DNA of 64,000 nt from contig OZ024740.1 in NCBI GenBank assembly GCA_964016885.1, positions 299,150,001-299,214,000 of the forward strand, in the 5' to 3' direction. The first letter of the stretch is position 1; each line of letters opens with the position of its first letter. Below the pieces are notes generated by a model. That model made no database searches and was not told the origin of the DNA. It saw nothing but the letters and a program-made list of their open reading frames with translations. Shown piece after piece: positions 1 to 13,946 of this stretch. The position numbers and the translations under genes were made by a program. Source of the DNA: Eledone cirrhosa (lineage: Eukaryota).

Positions 1-299
1 GTTAATCCTTGACTTGGAGAGGAAAAATAATTAATGCTGAATTTCGAGTGAAAAATAAGTGCTGAAAATTCCAACAAGAACACCCAAGAAACAAGTAAAA
101 TTCAAAGTAGAACTTGCATAAAAATATCGGAAATAAAATAAAATGATATATAAGAAGACAAAACCTAAGACCGGGAAAGCAACCAATGAATAACATAAAC
201 ACTGCAAAATGAAATCCAGATGAAACACACAAAAATGGCTAATTATAAGAGACATATATATCATTCTTATTGGAGAAAAAAGTGAAAGAAATTGTATCA

Positions 300-1830
300 A
301 CAAAAATTAAAGATGCACAAATATTATTCAAAACAGAATTGAAGATTTTAAATAATACAGTCAATACAATTTTTTTGAAGAAAATTTATTGTCATTCATA
401 TGGGCTTATGAAAATTGTTTGCCAATTTGTAGTGCCAAACACTTTTTTACGGGCATATCTCTCAGATGACAATTTTAATATCTGCTATCACAAAGTTAAA
501 ATATTACCTAACCGAAGAGAAACACCACCATGTCGTCATAACAAAAGGAATCTCAATTACAAACATTTCAAATGCAACAGACATTATAAATCAGCACATT
601 CCTCTTTTGCTTCAGTGGGAGCTCATTTATCTTATTCGTCGCCTGCCTGGCTGTTTTTCTGTTCCTAACGAAATCTATCTTCACATTCTTAATATGCGCC
701 CCACTGGAGAAGAATCGTCATACTTTTTTCAAACTTTAAATAGTTGGTATTAAACTACAGTATCATAATAATGAAAGATGCATCCATCAGGTTTAAACTA
801 CTTTAGATTTAATCATCAAAATAAACATCGTTTGTTTTCATTTCACATGTAAAATATTTGGGATAGTTGAAAGTGAAGAAGTGCACGAGGTATCAGAACA
901 TAATACTTGAATGCCAGTAGCAAATATAGCATTCTTGAGAGATCGAAACAATGGCGAGGACGATACAATATCACATATGTATATACTGTTGATTTTTAGG
1001 AATACTGGCAGTGAAACTCCTGTTAAACTGACCGTTCATATTTACCCTCTTGATCAAGAAACTTGACACATTATTGTTAATCAAAATAGCAACAAAGATT
1101 TATATTGATCCAGAACTGATTAACAATTCTAGTCGCATCAAAGTAGTATGTAACAAGAGAAATTTGGTCAAACAGCTGTAAAGGAAGAACAAAATCCACT
1201 TCTATACGGTAGAAAATTATTTAAGTAATATGTCATTGAGTCTTCTATTCAGGTTTCGACAAATTACTTGAATTATGTAAGATATCAAGAAGGAAGTCTC
1301 AAAAGTTAAACGTTATCAAAGACTTACTGATCGTTGTTGCCATTAATGCAGATATTGATGTAAGATCTGTTGTTAGTTTGCTATTATCATATCAAAGACC
1401 TTCAATGAGTATGAGAGAGAGCCACCACATTGCCATAGATAATGTCAGAAAATTTTGAAATCAAATTTATTTATCGGTATGACATGCAATCCTTCCGAGG
1501 ATCAAATAATAAGCTCTTTCCTCGGCGACACCTTTCAGTCATTAAATATACTTTAGTAAGAATATTTGAATTAAATTTGCAAGAATTATTGAAGGACATC
1601 TTATAAAATTATATTTTAGGAATATTTCATGTATATTGCTTTTCTGTTGAATTCAAGAAAGGTGGTTGACTTCATGCACATATTTTGATCATCCTGGACA
1701 GAAATGGTATATTTAAAGACAGAGGCAATATAGAGGAACTGGTGTGCACATAAATAACTGGTCAACTAAGCCAAAAATCTATGAAATCATTAAGAAATAC
1801 ATGATTCTTGAACCCTTTAGCAAATAAAGT
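300..1830 (+). pseudogene. Degraded Helitron Rep (HUH endonuclease) coding region
   Basis: 1467-1493 translates as LFIGMTCNP (Rep motif 1). 1646-1690 translates as VEFKKGG*LHAHILI (HUH motif 2, consensus ExQxRGxPHxH). ORF 270-668 contains KHFK..RHYKS..SSFASVGA, resembling the Helitron N-terminal region. Many stops and frameshifts. Confidence 0.8.
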
Positions 1831-1906
1831 GTGGTAAGGAACCAGGTGGACCATAACGCACCAGAGTACTCGATACTTAGGATAGTAGAGTGGGCAATGG
1901 GCGTTA

Positions 1907-1970
1907 CCGGCCGTTTCGACAGCTAGAGGATCTAGCTGTCGAAACGGCCGGAGCTCAGCCGTCAGGGTCC
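1907..1970 (+). repeat. Fold-back palindrome containing the 3' half of a hammerhead ribozyme
   Basis: Perfect 21-bp arms ccggccgtttcgacagctaga / tctagctgtcgaaacggccgg around a gga spacer. The right arm continues GAA-acggc-cggagctca-gccgt-C (helix III with GUC site). The CUGANGA half is replaced by the inversion. Confidence 0.6.
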
Positions 1971-1983
1971 TGACTCTTTTCCT

Positions 1984-2173
<190 letters not shown>

Positions 2174-2405
2174 TATATATATGTATATATTATTCAATTA
2201 ATGAAATTTGGTTGATCTTGTAATCCGCCGACATTTTTGTAAACAAACGTAAAGCACTCTACGCTTTGTATTTCTTAGAATGTTATCGGTAAGGTATCAA
2301 CCGGAGTTTCAATATCATGTATAAGTGTAACGGTTTCATGTGTACATCTGCTGTTTATTACATATGTAATAAACAAATGTACACATAAAACTGTCTCTCC
2401 TATCC

Positions 2406-2461
<56 letters not shown>

Positions 2462-3117
2462 GGATAAGTATTAGTAGGTGCTATAAAAATACATACTTGG
2501 CAAGGTGGCCCCTTTTAAGCCAATATGATAACTTGGTGCAAGACTTGTCCTGTTCTGTATCAACATGTTTTTGACAAGAAGATTACACTGTGGAAACGAA
2601 GACATTCCGGTTTTGGTGTAACTACTCTATGTATTAGAATATTTCCATTTCAAAATATTATTCGAGTAAACAGTCGATGGAGGTTGCTATGCAACTGTTA
2701 AAGAAGCCATAGAACAACACAATTTAATAGGCAACGACGATGATACGCTCTATAAATAATCCCTGAAAAACTATAGCAGCTCTATTAGTATTTTAAAGAA
2801 AAGATGTTGCAAGATTACATAAACCAAGGAGATCTTTTGGAAAAAGAGCAAGAAAAAAGTTTCATAACTCATTGAAAACACTTTATTACAGTATAGCTTG
2901 AAGTGTTTGGTATTGTTGCTCGGTCTTGGTACCGTTTTACATAAAAGAAACTGGGAAACTGAGAAACAAAAACTAACCAAAGAAGATGAAATTGAAGCAA
3001 GCATCAGGAGATAGAACTTTAGATAAAGAGAAGTATTTAAATGTATTATCATTGGGGTCAATGATGACATGTTGATCATAGATTATCTTTCATTGATGAA
3101 CCAGGTGATCTAAAGTC

Positions 3118-3397
3118 TAAGTCTGTCTCAGGCCAGAGGACTTGCTAGGCCGGTGCTTATCTCGGCTTCGTGGCTTGAAGCGACTGAGAGCACAAGACTC
3201 CCCCTGGACAAGTCAACAGTCCTTTACAGGTTTAAACCTCCAGCTATGGCTGATACCCATTTTCAGATGAGTATAGTGTGGCAACATGCAATAAGTGTTT
3301 TACTCAAGAACACAACACCCAAGCCAGCCCAATAATCGAACCCATGACATTATGATCGAAAGTCCAACACCCTTACCACTAGGCCACGCACCTCCAC
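3118..3397 (-). mobile_element. tRNA-derived SINE (family B)
   Basis: The minus strand starts with box A (gtggcctagtggtaagg) and box B (gggttcgattatt), then gtgttcttgagtaaaacactta. Related copies at 17235-17365 and 20020-20225. Confidence 0.7.
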
Positions 3398-4020
3398 CAG
3401 TGGATTTGGTAAAACGTATTTGTGCAATGATTTAGTTGACTAGTTGAAGCTAAGAGCAAAAACTGTTTTCCCATTTGTGATAAGAAAAATAGCAACAGAA
3501 TTGTTAGGTAAAGAACGGCAAACAGAAGATTTAGATTTCCTGTTGCTGTCTTGGGTGCATAGCAACACCCTCCATAAATATTCCTCTGACTCTAAGTATA
3601 TCCCTCAAGTGTCCCTTCCTTTTAATCGACAAGCGTACATGTTACCCTCTAGTGTTCTCAGAATAATTAACCTGCTCATACAGAAGATAATGAGACATGA
3701 CAGATTGTTCGAAGGCAAAGGTATTCGGCTTGAAGGTGACTTCCGGGAAACAGCGAATACAATTCCAAGAGGATGTGTCAAGCAGTCACTACTTTGGAAA
3801 TATGTACAAAAGGTAACCATGGCAATGCAGGAGAGGAAAAGCAAAGTGAATTCTCGACGTAGCTTCATGAATTTGGCAATAGGATTCTAGAAATTAATGA
3901 GTCGAATTGTCCCAGTCTGAAATAGGTAATGAGGCCGATATGATTGATTAAAACGCTTGAATGCGGTGTACCAGCATAATTGTAACTAAAAACCAAATCC
4001 AATAAGTTGGATGCCACACA

Positions 4021-4060
<40 letters not shown>

Positions 4061-4079
4061 CATGCATACATACATACAT

Positions 4080-4296
4080 ATATCTAATAACTGCATGTAC
4101 ACTTGTACAGATACAAAGCACATGCACACACTACTGAAAACATCCACATCCACAAATACAATAACATTCATACTTGTACACATATGCAGACGTATCTACC
4201 CAGTTGATGTTTACATTCAAATGAGAGTCTTGTATCTAAGTTATAAACCGTCACTTTATTGGTAAAAATTTATAAAATTATAAAACCAGAAGAACA
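4080..4296 (+). mobile_element. 3' UTR fragment of the R4/Dong-type LINE family 1
   Basis: Matches the reverse complement of 47984-48230. Ends ttataaaaccagaagaac followed by a CATA-type repeat. Confidence 0.7.
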
Positions 4297-5062
4297 AACA
4301 TACATATATACATACACAGAAATACACACGCAGAAATATACACATGCACAAATATACACACACATATGTATACGAATATATGTATACAAATATATAGATA
4401 AATATGAAAATAAAAATACGTAGGAAAAAATTGTTTCTACTTTTGGCACAAGACAAGCAATTATCCTAGTGCATTACTGTTACGTAGGAAACAATGAATC
4501 GATAGATCGTTAGATATCTAGCTGAATAATTGAGTAAAGGAATATGTAAATAATAGAATAAAAAGTTAAGCGATATAGTAGTGTTAATACTGTATATATG
4601 TTAGTATAAGGATGACCTGTGTATAATGTAAAGTAAAGTGTGGAATTATGCTGCAAGTGGTATGATAAAAAGCGAAGCAAAACTGTCAAAATACAAAATT
4701 ATGGTAATTAGAAACATGCCTTGTGTGTGAAACTAGCTTGATAGTAACTGTATGGAAACCCATTGGATAGACAGTACCAGAAATTCAAAGAGCTGTGCCT
4801 ATGGAATGCTCAGACACCTACACTTAATTTTATGAGCAGGGTGTTTCGTTCATTGAACAATTGGAATACATATCATTGACACCGACAGAGGTTCATTCCA
4901 TCTCGATTCCAATTTGAATTAGAAATAGAAATGTCTAATAAAATATGGCGGTAAATTGGCAGAGACGTTCTGGCTTTCCGCACTCTGATTTTAAATCAAC
5001 CCGAGGTCAACTTGCACTTTATTCTTTCGATAAAAAAATGTATCAGTCCAATACAGGGATCG

Positions 5063-5283
5063 ATTCTTCTTCTTCTTCTTCTTCTTCTTCTTCTTCTTCT
5101 TCTTCTTCTTCTTCTTCTTCTGCTTCTTCTTCTTCTTCTGCTTCTTCTTCTCCTCCTCCTCCTCCTCCTCCTCCTCCTCCTCCTCCTCCTCCTCCTCCTC
5201 CTCCTCCTCCTCCTCCTCCTCCTTCTTCTTCTTCTTCTTCTTCTTCTTCTTCTTCTTCTTCTTCTTCTTCTTCTTCTTCTTCT
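5063..5283. repeat. Compound (CTT)n/(CCT)n microsatellite
   Basis: About 220 bp of near-pure pyrimidine triplet repeat, seen directly. Confidence 0.95.
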
Positions 5284-5307
5284 CTACTATTATTGTAAAT
5301 CATTAGA

Positions 5308-5500
5308 GGGCGGTGGATTGGCAGTATCGGTAGAGGGTCGGACGCCATGCTTTGCAGCAAAGAGTTACGGCCCTTTATGGTCTGAGTTCAAATCCGGCCG
5401 AGGTTAACTTTGCCTTTCATCTTTACAAGGTCGATGAAATAAAGTACCAGTAATGCACTGGAATAATTGCTGGCCTTGTGCCAAAAGTAGAAATAATTAT
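5308..5500 (+). mobile_element. tRNA-derived SINE (family A, octopod-like) with target-site duplication
   Basis: gggcggtggattggcag...gagttcaaatcc (box B)...ttgcctttcatc...aagtaccag...ccttgtgccaaaagtagaaa. Direct repeat attattgtaaatcatt at 5289-5304 and 5496-5511. Confidence 0.85.
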
Positions 5501-5819
5501 TGTAAATCATTTATAGTAATACTAACTATCATATAGACCGAGGTTTAGACAGTGGTACAACAACTAAAATAACTATACTATTCAACAGCAACGGACATAT
5601 AGTTGGGTAGTTAATTAGATAAATTGGTAGTTAGTTATATAAGGGGTAGATAGAACGATAGCTAGATAGATAGTTGCTTTGGTTGTAAAAAAAAAACACA
5701 CACACAGTCTGCTTATTTGCACACGACACTAACAAGTGATCAGTGCCTAAAGAAGGAAGAAGGTTCGTATAAAATAATGCAAAATAAAAAAAAAAGAATT
5801 AATAAAAACTGAATGGGAG

Positions 5820-6600
5820 GCAAATGTAATTTGAGGATAATTACAATTTGCTGGGAGATTGTATTATACTTTTTATTGTTTGCGTCTTCCAGAACCATCT
5901 AGGAGACAGATAGCCATAAGGTATATAGAGAAAGATTAATGGCAGGAGGAAGAGAAGGTAATGTGTTTGAAAGGGCATATTTAAACTTTGTTGCTATTAT
6001 TCTTAGTACTGTCAGCTCATTTATATGCAGAATTTATACGCTTGACCGAAGCAGTTAAACTAGAAACTGATAGATGAGATGGCGGGTGGCGGGATTATCA
6101 AATTCTAACATCAATGTTAAATCATTAAATAGTTGAGTGAATAAATTAATCAATTTATTAATTTGTAGACTGAATAAATGATGATTATAATTTGAAGATA
6201 ATTGCTATTTAGTGGTGGAATCTATTATTTTATTGTTGTTCTTATCTTCAAAACTATCTCGAAGAAATAAAAATAAAAAAGGAATAATTAACAAATAATA
6301 AAAAATAAAAAAGGTAATGTAGTTGAAAGGGCAAATCTAAAATTTAATTACTGCTATTGTTAACACAATCAGTCTATTAATTACAAACAGATGGACACAA
6401 TATGGCTGAATAAGCTAAACTTTAAATCGATAGATAAGCTTCTGTGGCAGGATTACCATTTAAGATTAGTTGTAAATCCATTGACTAATTAATTTAATAA
6501 TCTGAAGACTAAATGATAGATAAACATAATTTGGGAATAATTAAGACTTGGTGGTGAAATATAATGTTTATTAATTGTTCCTGTCTTCTAGAAATAACCA
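5820..6600. repeat. Old degenerate tandem duplication, about 355-bp unit, about 2.2 copies
   Basis: ggtaatgtgtttgaaagggcat at ~5957 matches ggtaatgtagttgaaagggcaa at ~6313. An AT-rich block ending gtcttc recurs near 5885, 6245 and 6585. Confidence 0.55.
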
Positions 6601-7084
6601 GACGAAAGGTAAATGATACAATAATGAATGTTGCGTTAATCGTTTAATCGTTATTAGGATTTTAAAAATTACCCGCCGGCGTTATATGAAGGAAGAATTA
6701 TATCAGGAAAAAAATGTAGATTAGAGTATAAGTATAGATATACTTGGAGAGAGGGACTGGAAGGAAAACATACTTATCACGAAAGCGGGACTATACACAT
6801 ATGTCAATATACAGAGATATTACGAGAGGAAAGCACCGGAGACATTTCTCGAAAAAGTTGATTTCCTGTATAATTAAAGGGCAAATAGAGCATGAGTATA
6901 AAGATATAATTGAGTACGAGGATCGAGGTCAAAATATGGAAGGAAAATATGAAAATATGTTAATGATATAATATAGTATAGTATCCGGAGATTTAACCTC
7001 CATGTAATGAATACATAATAGATTATACACATTCTAAGCGTCATGTGCATTGCATGCAAAAGCGTTAAGAAATTATATTTGAGA

Positions 7085-7700
7085 GTCACACCGTGAAGGG
7101 TAGCCAAACTCATATATGTATCTGTGACTATGTCTAATTATATACATATATCCCTTTGAATTTAATATATACTCCCGTAAGGCTGAGTAAAAGTTTAGGC
7201 AGTATCTGGCTGCACTTTCTAGCAACCAGCCTACTCGCCGACTGGCAACTAATCACAAATTTCTGCCTTGACCGCTAGCCACGTGATAGTTCTTAGCCAT
7301 TTTTGAATTCATTTCTGGCGGGTATCACGGTAGAAACTTTAGTCCAGACTCGAGGCGTCTCTTGATGAGTTCCAAGCCTCTAGGATATATCCAAGATCGG
7401 GTATATTCACAGAAAACGAACGAAATTACCGACAGTCGAGACTAGAGGAATTTTGGTAAAGTTTATATGCATTTTTTCTTCAAACTTCTATTTTATACTT
7501 AACTCCGTGTTGTTGATTATTTGTCTAGTCAATTTCTACGGCTAAAAGAAATAACTAGGTAAATTTTATCTGGCTGTCCCTGTCTATTATTTCTTCATAG
7601 TTACATTTTAAACTTATAGCCTCGTTTAAATGATTATTAATGTGGTTGATTTATACGGACTAGGGAGAGGAAATACTGTATATATTTTATCTAATAATTC
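7085..7700 (+). mobile_element. Penelope pseudo-LTR-like repeat carrying a hammerhead (copy 1)
   Basis: Colinear with 20590-21180. Hammerhead at 7357-7442: gtctc TTGATGA gttc-[45 nt]-gaac GAAA ttaccgacag TC gagac. Confidence 0.7.
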
Positions 7701-7711
7701 TTCAAACTTGC

Positions 7712-7799
<88 letters not shown>

Positions 7800-8473
7800 A
7801 TTTTGTATTTGAAAGCACAGGAGCTAATAATAAACACAAACATAGAATACCAACAGACCGAATTGTGAAATTGTATAAAAACTATGAATCCACACATATA
7901 TCAAGTGCAATTTCCTTACCCTCCATATTCTAAAATCTTTCCCACTGCTAGATGTCATTTCATCTGAACTATGTAAATCAATTGAAATACATTTAGATTG
8001 AGCTGTTAATACATACGTCAGTCGTCGCCAATCCTGTGAAAGCATTAACAGAACAAACACTTGAAATTCAAGTTTACTGAATTAATCAATTATTACTCTG
8101 TCATTTTGATACACACAGCGACACACGCACACACATACACACTTACACACTCATACACACACATAAACACACAGATACAACCCCCCCCCACACACACATA
8201 GAGGCACACATAAAAAATTGGACAGGCATACACATACATACATAAATACATACATACAGATATTCATAAATAGACTCATACAAACATGCATATAAGCATA
8301 GTTAACTTCCACGTGTGGCTCCAAAAGCGAAGGCATACATATAAGCGCAATTTCTGTGTAGCTACACAAATATTCCAGTTTATGTGTAAACAACACACAG
8401 ATACATATATGTATACACACATATGCATATGTATATATATATTCAGACGTATATACATATATATTTATATATA

Positions 8474-9346
8474 TACTAGCATTAAAGCCCGGCGTTGCTC
8501 GGGGTCAGTAAGTTACCAAAGTTAGGTTGCACCACCCATTTTATGGCAGCACTTTTTTGTCTGCCAAGCACTGGGTGAATGAATTGCAGATCTGGACTGC
8601 CGAAGCAGGAGCTGCGCCAGCAGTGACAATTGTAGTTTCACCTATGGATATTATCTCTGTGCAAAGAAGTGTTGAAATTTATTGTTTCACAGTACTTGCG
8701 GAACACGCGCGTAGTCGATGCCAGCCGAACAACAGAGCTGCGATGGAGTTGTTCTGCATGGTTGTCTAATGTGTGTTTTCTAAATTTAAGACAGTAGGGA
8801 GGGGTGTGATATGGGGGAGAGTGACCTTATAGAGGATATTATTGTGTATAGTAAATAAACTGATACTTCTTTCTTCCACGTTCGTTGAGAGATGTTTTAA
8901 AAAAGATTTATCGCTATTTTTGTTGTTGTTGAATAAATTTATCTGTCGCTTTTGAATAATTTTTGTCATTGAAGTAAATAAATGTTTGACCGTTCCACAC
9001 TCAAAAACAAACGCTCTCTCTCCTCTCTCTCTCTTCTTTCTTCGGCGCTCCTAAAAGAAGTTTGTAAGTTTAAACGTATATAAGAGAAAGTTGCAGCATG
9101 TATGTAGTTTTATCGAATTTTAAGAGGAGTAGAGAGAGGGGTAAAACGTCATGTATTTATTTTTATCCATTATTTTCATAATTGTGGGGGAGTTTGAATG
9201 AAATAATGAGTCGGTGACTTTAGTTAGACCATTTACAACATTCTTACAGACTTTGAGTCAAATCGGTTTGAAATTCTGCAAATGTATAAACATGGAACAT
9301 GCTTACACACACACACGCAACAACAATCTGCCTTTTATAGATATTG

Positions 9347-9348
<2 letters not shown>
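8474..9348 (+). mobile_element. Non-autonomous Helitron/Helentron (HINE/DINE-1-like) element
   Basis: Begins actagc...cccggcgttgctcggg. Ends with a microsatellite plus ccttttatagatattgat. This is the usual HINE terminal architecture. Confidence 0.5.
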
Positions 9349-9384
<36 letters not shown>

Positions 9385-9666
9385 AGAGAGAGAGATAGAG
9401 AGAGAGAGAGAGAAAGGGAGAGAAAGAGAGAGAGTGAGAAAGAGAGTGAGAAAGACAGTGAAAGCGAGAGGAGCAGTGGTTTTAGAGAGACGTAGAAATG
9501 TAAATAGGACATTAAATGTTAAAATGTCATAGGAATGTTATCTTGGAGGGAAGGGGTTTAATTACATTTTAATATTTCGGGCTGAAATTCCCTTTCTCAA
9601 AGGAATAGTTAAGAAAACTAACAAATTACACTCACACACGCACGCACACATATACAGACACACACA

Positions 9667-9750
<84 letters not shown>

Positions 9751-9763
9751 ATTCAGAAAAATC

Positions 9764-9812
<49 letters not shown>

Positions 9813-9959
9813 TGAAAGAGAGAGAGAGTGAAAGAGCCATATATCATATTAAACACATTTTATTTTGTACATATATAAACAACATAATATTTAGGAAGAA
9901 ATAGTACTTCCAGGGGGAAAAGTTCTTTTTCCTTTTGGTACCATTTCATGATTCGTAAA

Positions 9960-10391
9960 CCGTAAGAATAATCGATGCAAGCAATCGATAATCAATCACT
10001 AACTATCAGGACAAAGGAGGAAATCACCTCACTCGGATGGATATCTCTGCCGTACCCTCCATACTAACCTAATTTGGCACAATCAGACTACCACCTCTTC
10101 GGTCCCATGAAAGAAGCATTGAGAGGTCACTATTATCGAAATGATGAGAAAGTGAAAACTGGTGTCAAGAATTGGCTTCTTGAGCGGCCAGTAGAATGTT
10201 ACGAGGCTGGGATACATGGCTTCATTTGAATGTGGAATGTTGCTATCGAAAGAATTGATGACGATGTTGAGAAGTACGAATGTGATCCTCTCGTGTAGAA
10301 ATTCATGTTGATGTAAAGCGACATATTGTTCTAATCTTCTAATCATTTTTCTTGCAATAAAACAAAAGGTCCTTTTCTTTACTGGCACTCG

Positions 10392-10393
<2 letters not shown>
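9960..10393 (+). mobile_element. Mariner transposon 3' remnant
   Basis: Translates as LGWISLPYPPY*PNLAQSDYHLFGPMKEALRG (consensus HPPYSPDLAPSDYHLF). Terminal sequence ...tactggcactcg followed by TA. Confidence 0.85.
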
Positions 10394-10468
<75 letters not shown>

Positions 10469-10640
10469 ACACACGCATATATATATATATATACATATAA
10501 ATATATATATATATGTATCCAAATATGAGGGTAATTCATAGTAAAATTCATTATTTTACGATCGTTTCTGGGAGGTAGTTCTCCGTATGTTCATTGAGTT
10601 CTTCATACGGCTTGGACCCTACCATTAATTGATGGATTTA

Positions 10641-10687
<47 letters not shown>

Positions 10688-10735
10688 TAGAATTGGTGCT
10701 CTGAAATAGCGATATATATATGACACACATTCATG

Positions 10736-10830
10736 ATTTTCAGCAAACAGACGGAGTACTTAGCTTTGATAAGCACCAAAAAGTGCGAAACAGAGCTCTG
10801 TCAGCTTTATCTTCCCTGTTTGCTGAAAAT
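10736..10830 (+). ncRNA. Type I hammerhead ribozyme, U3:A8 core variant, extended helix I
   Basis: agct TTGATAA gcac-caaaaa-gtgc GAAA cag-agct-ctg TC agct. Distal helix attttcagcaaacag/ctgtttgctgaaaat lies beyond an internal loop. Confidence 0.8.
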
Positions 10831-10933
10831 TAAAGTAAGTGAGACTGTCACTACTCTAAAACAATAGCGTAAGGTCTTCGAAATGCTTTTAATTAAGCAT
10901 ACAGTGTATTGCAAAATACACTATATATACATT

Positions 10934-11100
<167 letters not shown>

Positions 11101-11776
11101 GAGAGTATTGAAGTTTGCTTGAAGCATTGTGGAATAAAAAAAATTTAGTCGTTTTGGAAGCCTCAACAATGCAGATGGGTAATTCTCCGGGTAATAGTAT
11201 CCGGTGGTGAAGAGAGAGATGTAAGAGGAAATGTAGAATGAGACGTATAGTGTGTAGTGGAACGTAGGAAAGAGCGTAAATATAAAAATAATAATACGAG
11301 ATAGAGTTACCTTGGGAGAGATTTAATTGTCCCTATATTTCGGATTTTGCATCCATCAACTGGGGGGTTTTCCAAGGGGGAAAGTTATCTCTCGGACAGG
11401 AACTGTATGTGGCCTCTGTTGTCCACCGTTTGCGTGCAACTGAGATATTCTGTAGAGCGCGCGCGCGCGGAATAGGTGCTGTCAAGCAAATGTCGAGGCA
11501 GTTCCCCTTTATTATGGGAGTGGGATGGTGCTTCGCTGTCAATCCATTATACTACCTATATTCAGTCTTTGATACTAGCAGTGTTGGTAGTCTGCCTGGT
11601 TGTCGCTTGTTAGTCGGTGGATGGTGAGCGCGCTATATACACAATAATAATCGTTCGAATGCCACTGTGTGTGTGTGCGTGTGCTGTTGTCTCGTTTGTT
11701 TACACCAGCCACCTCGTCTCGCTTCTCTCGGATCGGTTATTTATTTGTGGTCCTAGGCGTTTGATCCAAAGTGCTT

Positions 11777-12447
11777 ATAGAAAAAAAATAAGATTTCGCT
11801 TCAAGCATAGCTTCATACAATTTGTATAAAAATTAGTATTTCTAAAGAAATACGGTTTTAGGAAGCCGTAGCTATGCAAACACCGGGGCTAACGTCCTCT
11901 GGTGGTGTCCAGCAGAAGCAATGGGGACAACCGTCTATTTCAGGCTTGACTGGCCTTCGTCAGGTCGGTCCCTCCCACCGCTTGCTACTGCTGGACTTGA
12001 AAACAGTTGAAAATATATAGTTTTCTCGCCTGTGTAAATGAGGTGATAAATCTCATTTGCATATGAAGCTGCATAAGATGGCTCAACTTATAATAGAAAA
12101 GAAATAAGATTTCGCTTTATACAAATTTCTATACATATTGTATAAAGCTATGCTTGAAGCGAAATCTTATTTCTTTTCTATTATAAGTTGAGCCAACTTA
12201 TGCAGCTTCATATGCAAATGAGATTAATCACCTCATTTACACAGACGAGAAAACTATATATTCTCGACTGTTTTCAAGTCCAGCAGTAGCAAGCGGTGGG
12301 AGGGACCGTCCTGACGAAGGCCAGTCAAGCTTGAAACGCATAGACGGTTGTCTACCTTGCTTCTGCTGGACACCACCAGAGGGCGTTAACCAGCCCGTGT
12401 TTGCATACCTACGCCTTCCTAAAACCGTATTTCTTTAGAAATACGAA

Positions 12448-12454
<7 letters not shown>
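11777..12454. mobile_element. Inverted plus partial tandem pseudo-LTR pair (Penelope-like)
   Basis: Arms of about 290 bp (11829-12118 and ~12160-12450) are reverse complements. 11777-11822 directly repeats the inner end of the left arm. Each arm holds a hammerhead. Confidence 0.8.
12305..12348 (+). ncRNA. Minimal type I hammerhead ribozyme
   Basis: accgtc CTGACGA aggc-cagtcaa-gctt GAAA cgca TA gacggt. The mirror copy at 11930-11969 (-) has a perfect aggc/gcct helix II but lacks the 4-nt helix III loop. Confidence 0.8.
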
Positions 12455-12497
<43 letters not shown>

Positions 12498-12580
12498 AAT
12501 GAAAATAAGAAAAAAAAGTTAAATGCTAATTGGATTTTCTCATAATAACAGCAAGACATGTTTTTAAAAGTAATTTATAG

Positions 12581-12617
12581 TACCGGTTTCAGCCGATAGA
12601 TATTTCGGCTTCTTTAT
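12581..12617 (-). ncRNA. Degenerate hammerhead remnant
   Basis: Minus strand reads ataaaga agccga-aatatcta-tcggct GAAA ccgg TA. Helix II is perfect; the CUGANGA box is decayed. Confidence 0.5.
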
Positions 12618-13180
12618 GCAATAGGAAATATGATAAAACGTATATAATAATATTTAAGTGTATATTAATTGGAAGAGAACGATTAGAGAGTATAGTTTGC
12701 ATATATATAAAAATTCACATTTTCATTTATCTCTAACTCTCTCTCTTCCTTGTTGGTTTGGTGGCAGTAGCAGCTAAAATAGATGTTGGCTTGTCCCCTG
12801 TTACTGTCTGACTGTATATTATATATTTATATCCATATATATATATATGTGTGTGTCTATGTTTGTGTCTATACTATAAATCAAGCAAAGGAATTTATCT
12901 TAGCAGACACAGTATACTAGTCAAACTTTACATTTCGACAATATATCAACAAACCATTCAAACTTCATTATTCGCTATGTAACTTATTTTCAATTATAAA
13001 AGTTATCAGCAAATCTGAACATTATTTCACATGCCAAGATTTTAAAACACACGCATAGTTATATACATATCTGCCACGTATATGTTGTACAAATCAATAA
13101 GGAACCGCAAAATATTAGTTTAACGCTTGAAGGGAGAGATAAAATTGTCTTATATATATATATATATATATACATATATA

Positions 13181-13361
13181 TATTTAATATAGAAATGGCT
13201 TCTATAAATGTTTCATTCGGAGGAAATAATAAGGAAAGCCCTGATTTCCTCCGAACGAAACAGTTCTAGTCCTGTAGAAGCCATTTCTATATTAAATATT
13301 TATACTCTGCTATGCATTGATTATCTTACTTACTTTGCTTACCCCCGATTGAACCCAGGAT

Positions 13362-13365
<4 letters not shown>
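13181..13365. mobile_element. Fold-back Penelope pseudo-LTR-like remnant (copy 1; copy 2 at 54862-55060)
   Basis: Inverted arms tatttaatatagaaatggcttcta / tagaagccatttctatattaaata. The 3' tail is shared with 54990-55060. Confidence 0.65.
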
Positions 13366-13459
<94 letters not shown>

Positions 13460-13894
13460 TGAAGGATGAGTATTTTGAACTTTATTTTATCATGAGTTAA
13501 GGCTCTATTGATTTTTCCCTGGATTTCACTAAATTCTGTTGGATAAGTCTATATCCTGATTCTTTTTGAATTGAGTTTGAATTATTTTTCCCACATCTTA
13601 CGTTAACTATTTTCCCATTTTGACGCTATAGTCACTTATATATTATCGAATACTGTTGGCTTCTTGCTACAATACTTTCTATACCTTTTTTATGTTAGAC
13701 TATATATATGTGTTTGTGTCTATATTATATCTGTATTTTTGACCGTTGGTCAGTCAATGGTAAACATTGAGGACCGAATAAATTAAATTAAGATAATAAA
13801 ATAAAAGATACAGAAGCGAAAACCAACCAAACAGTGAGTGTTTTGTTATTAATTCTGGCAATATTATTACAACAATATGGCCCTCCCAAAGTAT

Positions 13895-13946
<52 letters not shown>

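Noticed and set aside
4945-5407. Poly-S/P/L/E/G ORFs, and the many [12 protein letters not shown] and THTH ORFs across the window
   Set aside because: These are translations of microsatellites with no coding evidence.
5308-5410. tRNA genes at the SINE heads
   Set aside because: A and B boxes are present but there is no full cloverleaf, and they continue into a shared SINE body.
11230-11770. Possible solo LTR or promoter in a GC-richer patch
   Set aside because: I could not identify matching TG..CA ends with a TSD, a primer-binding site or a second copy.
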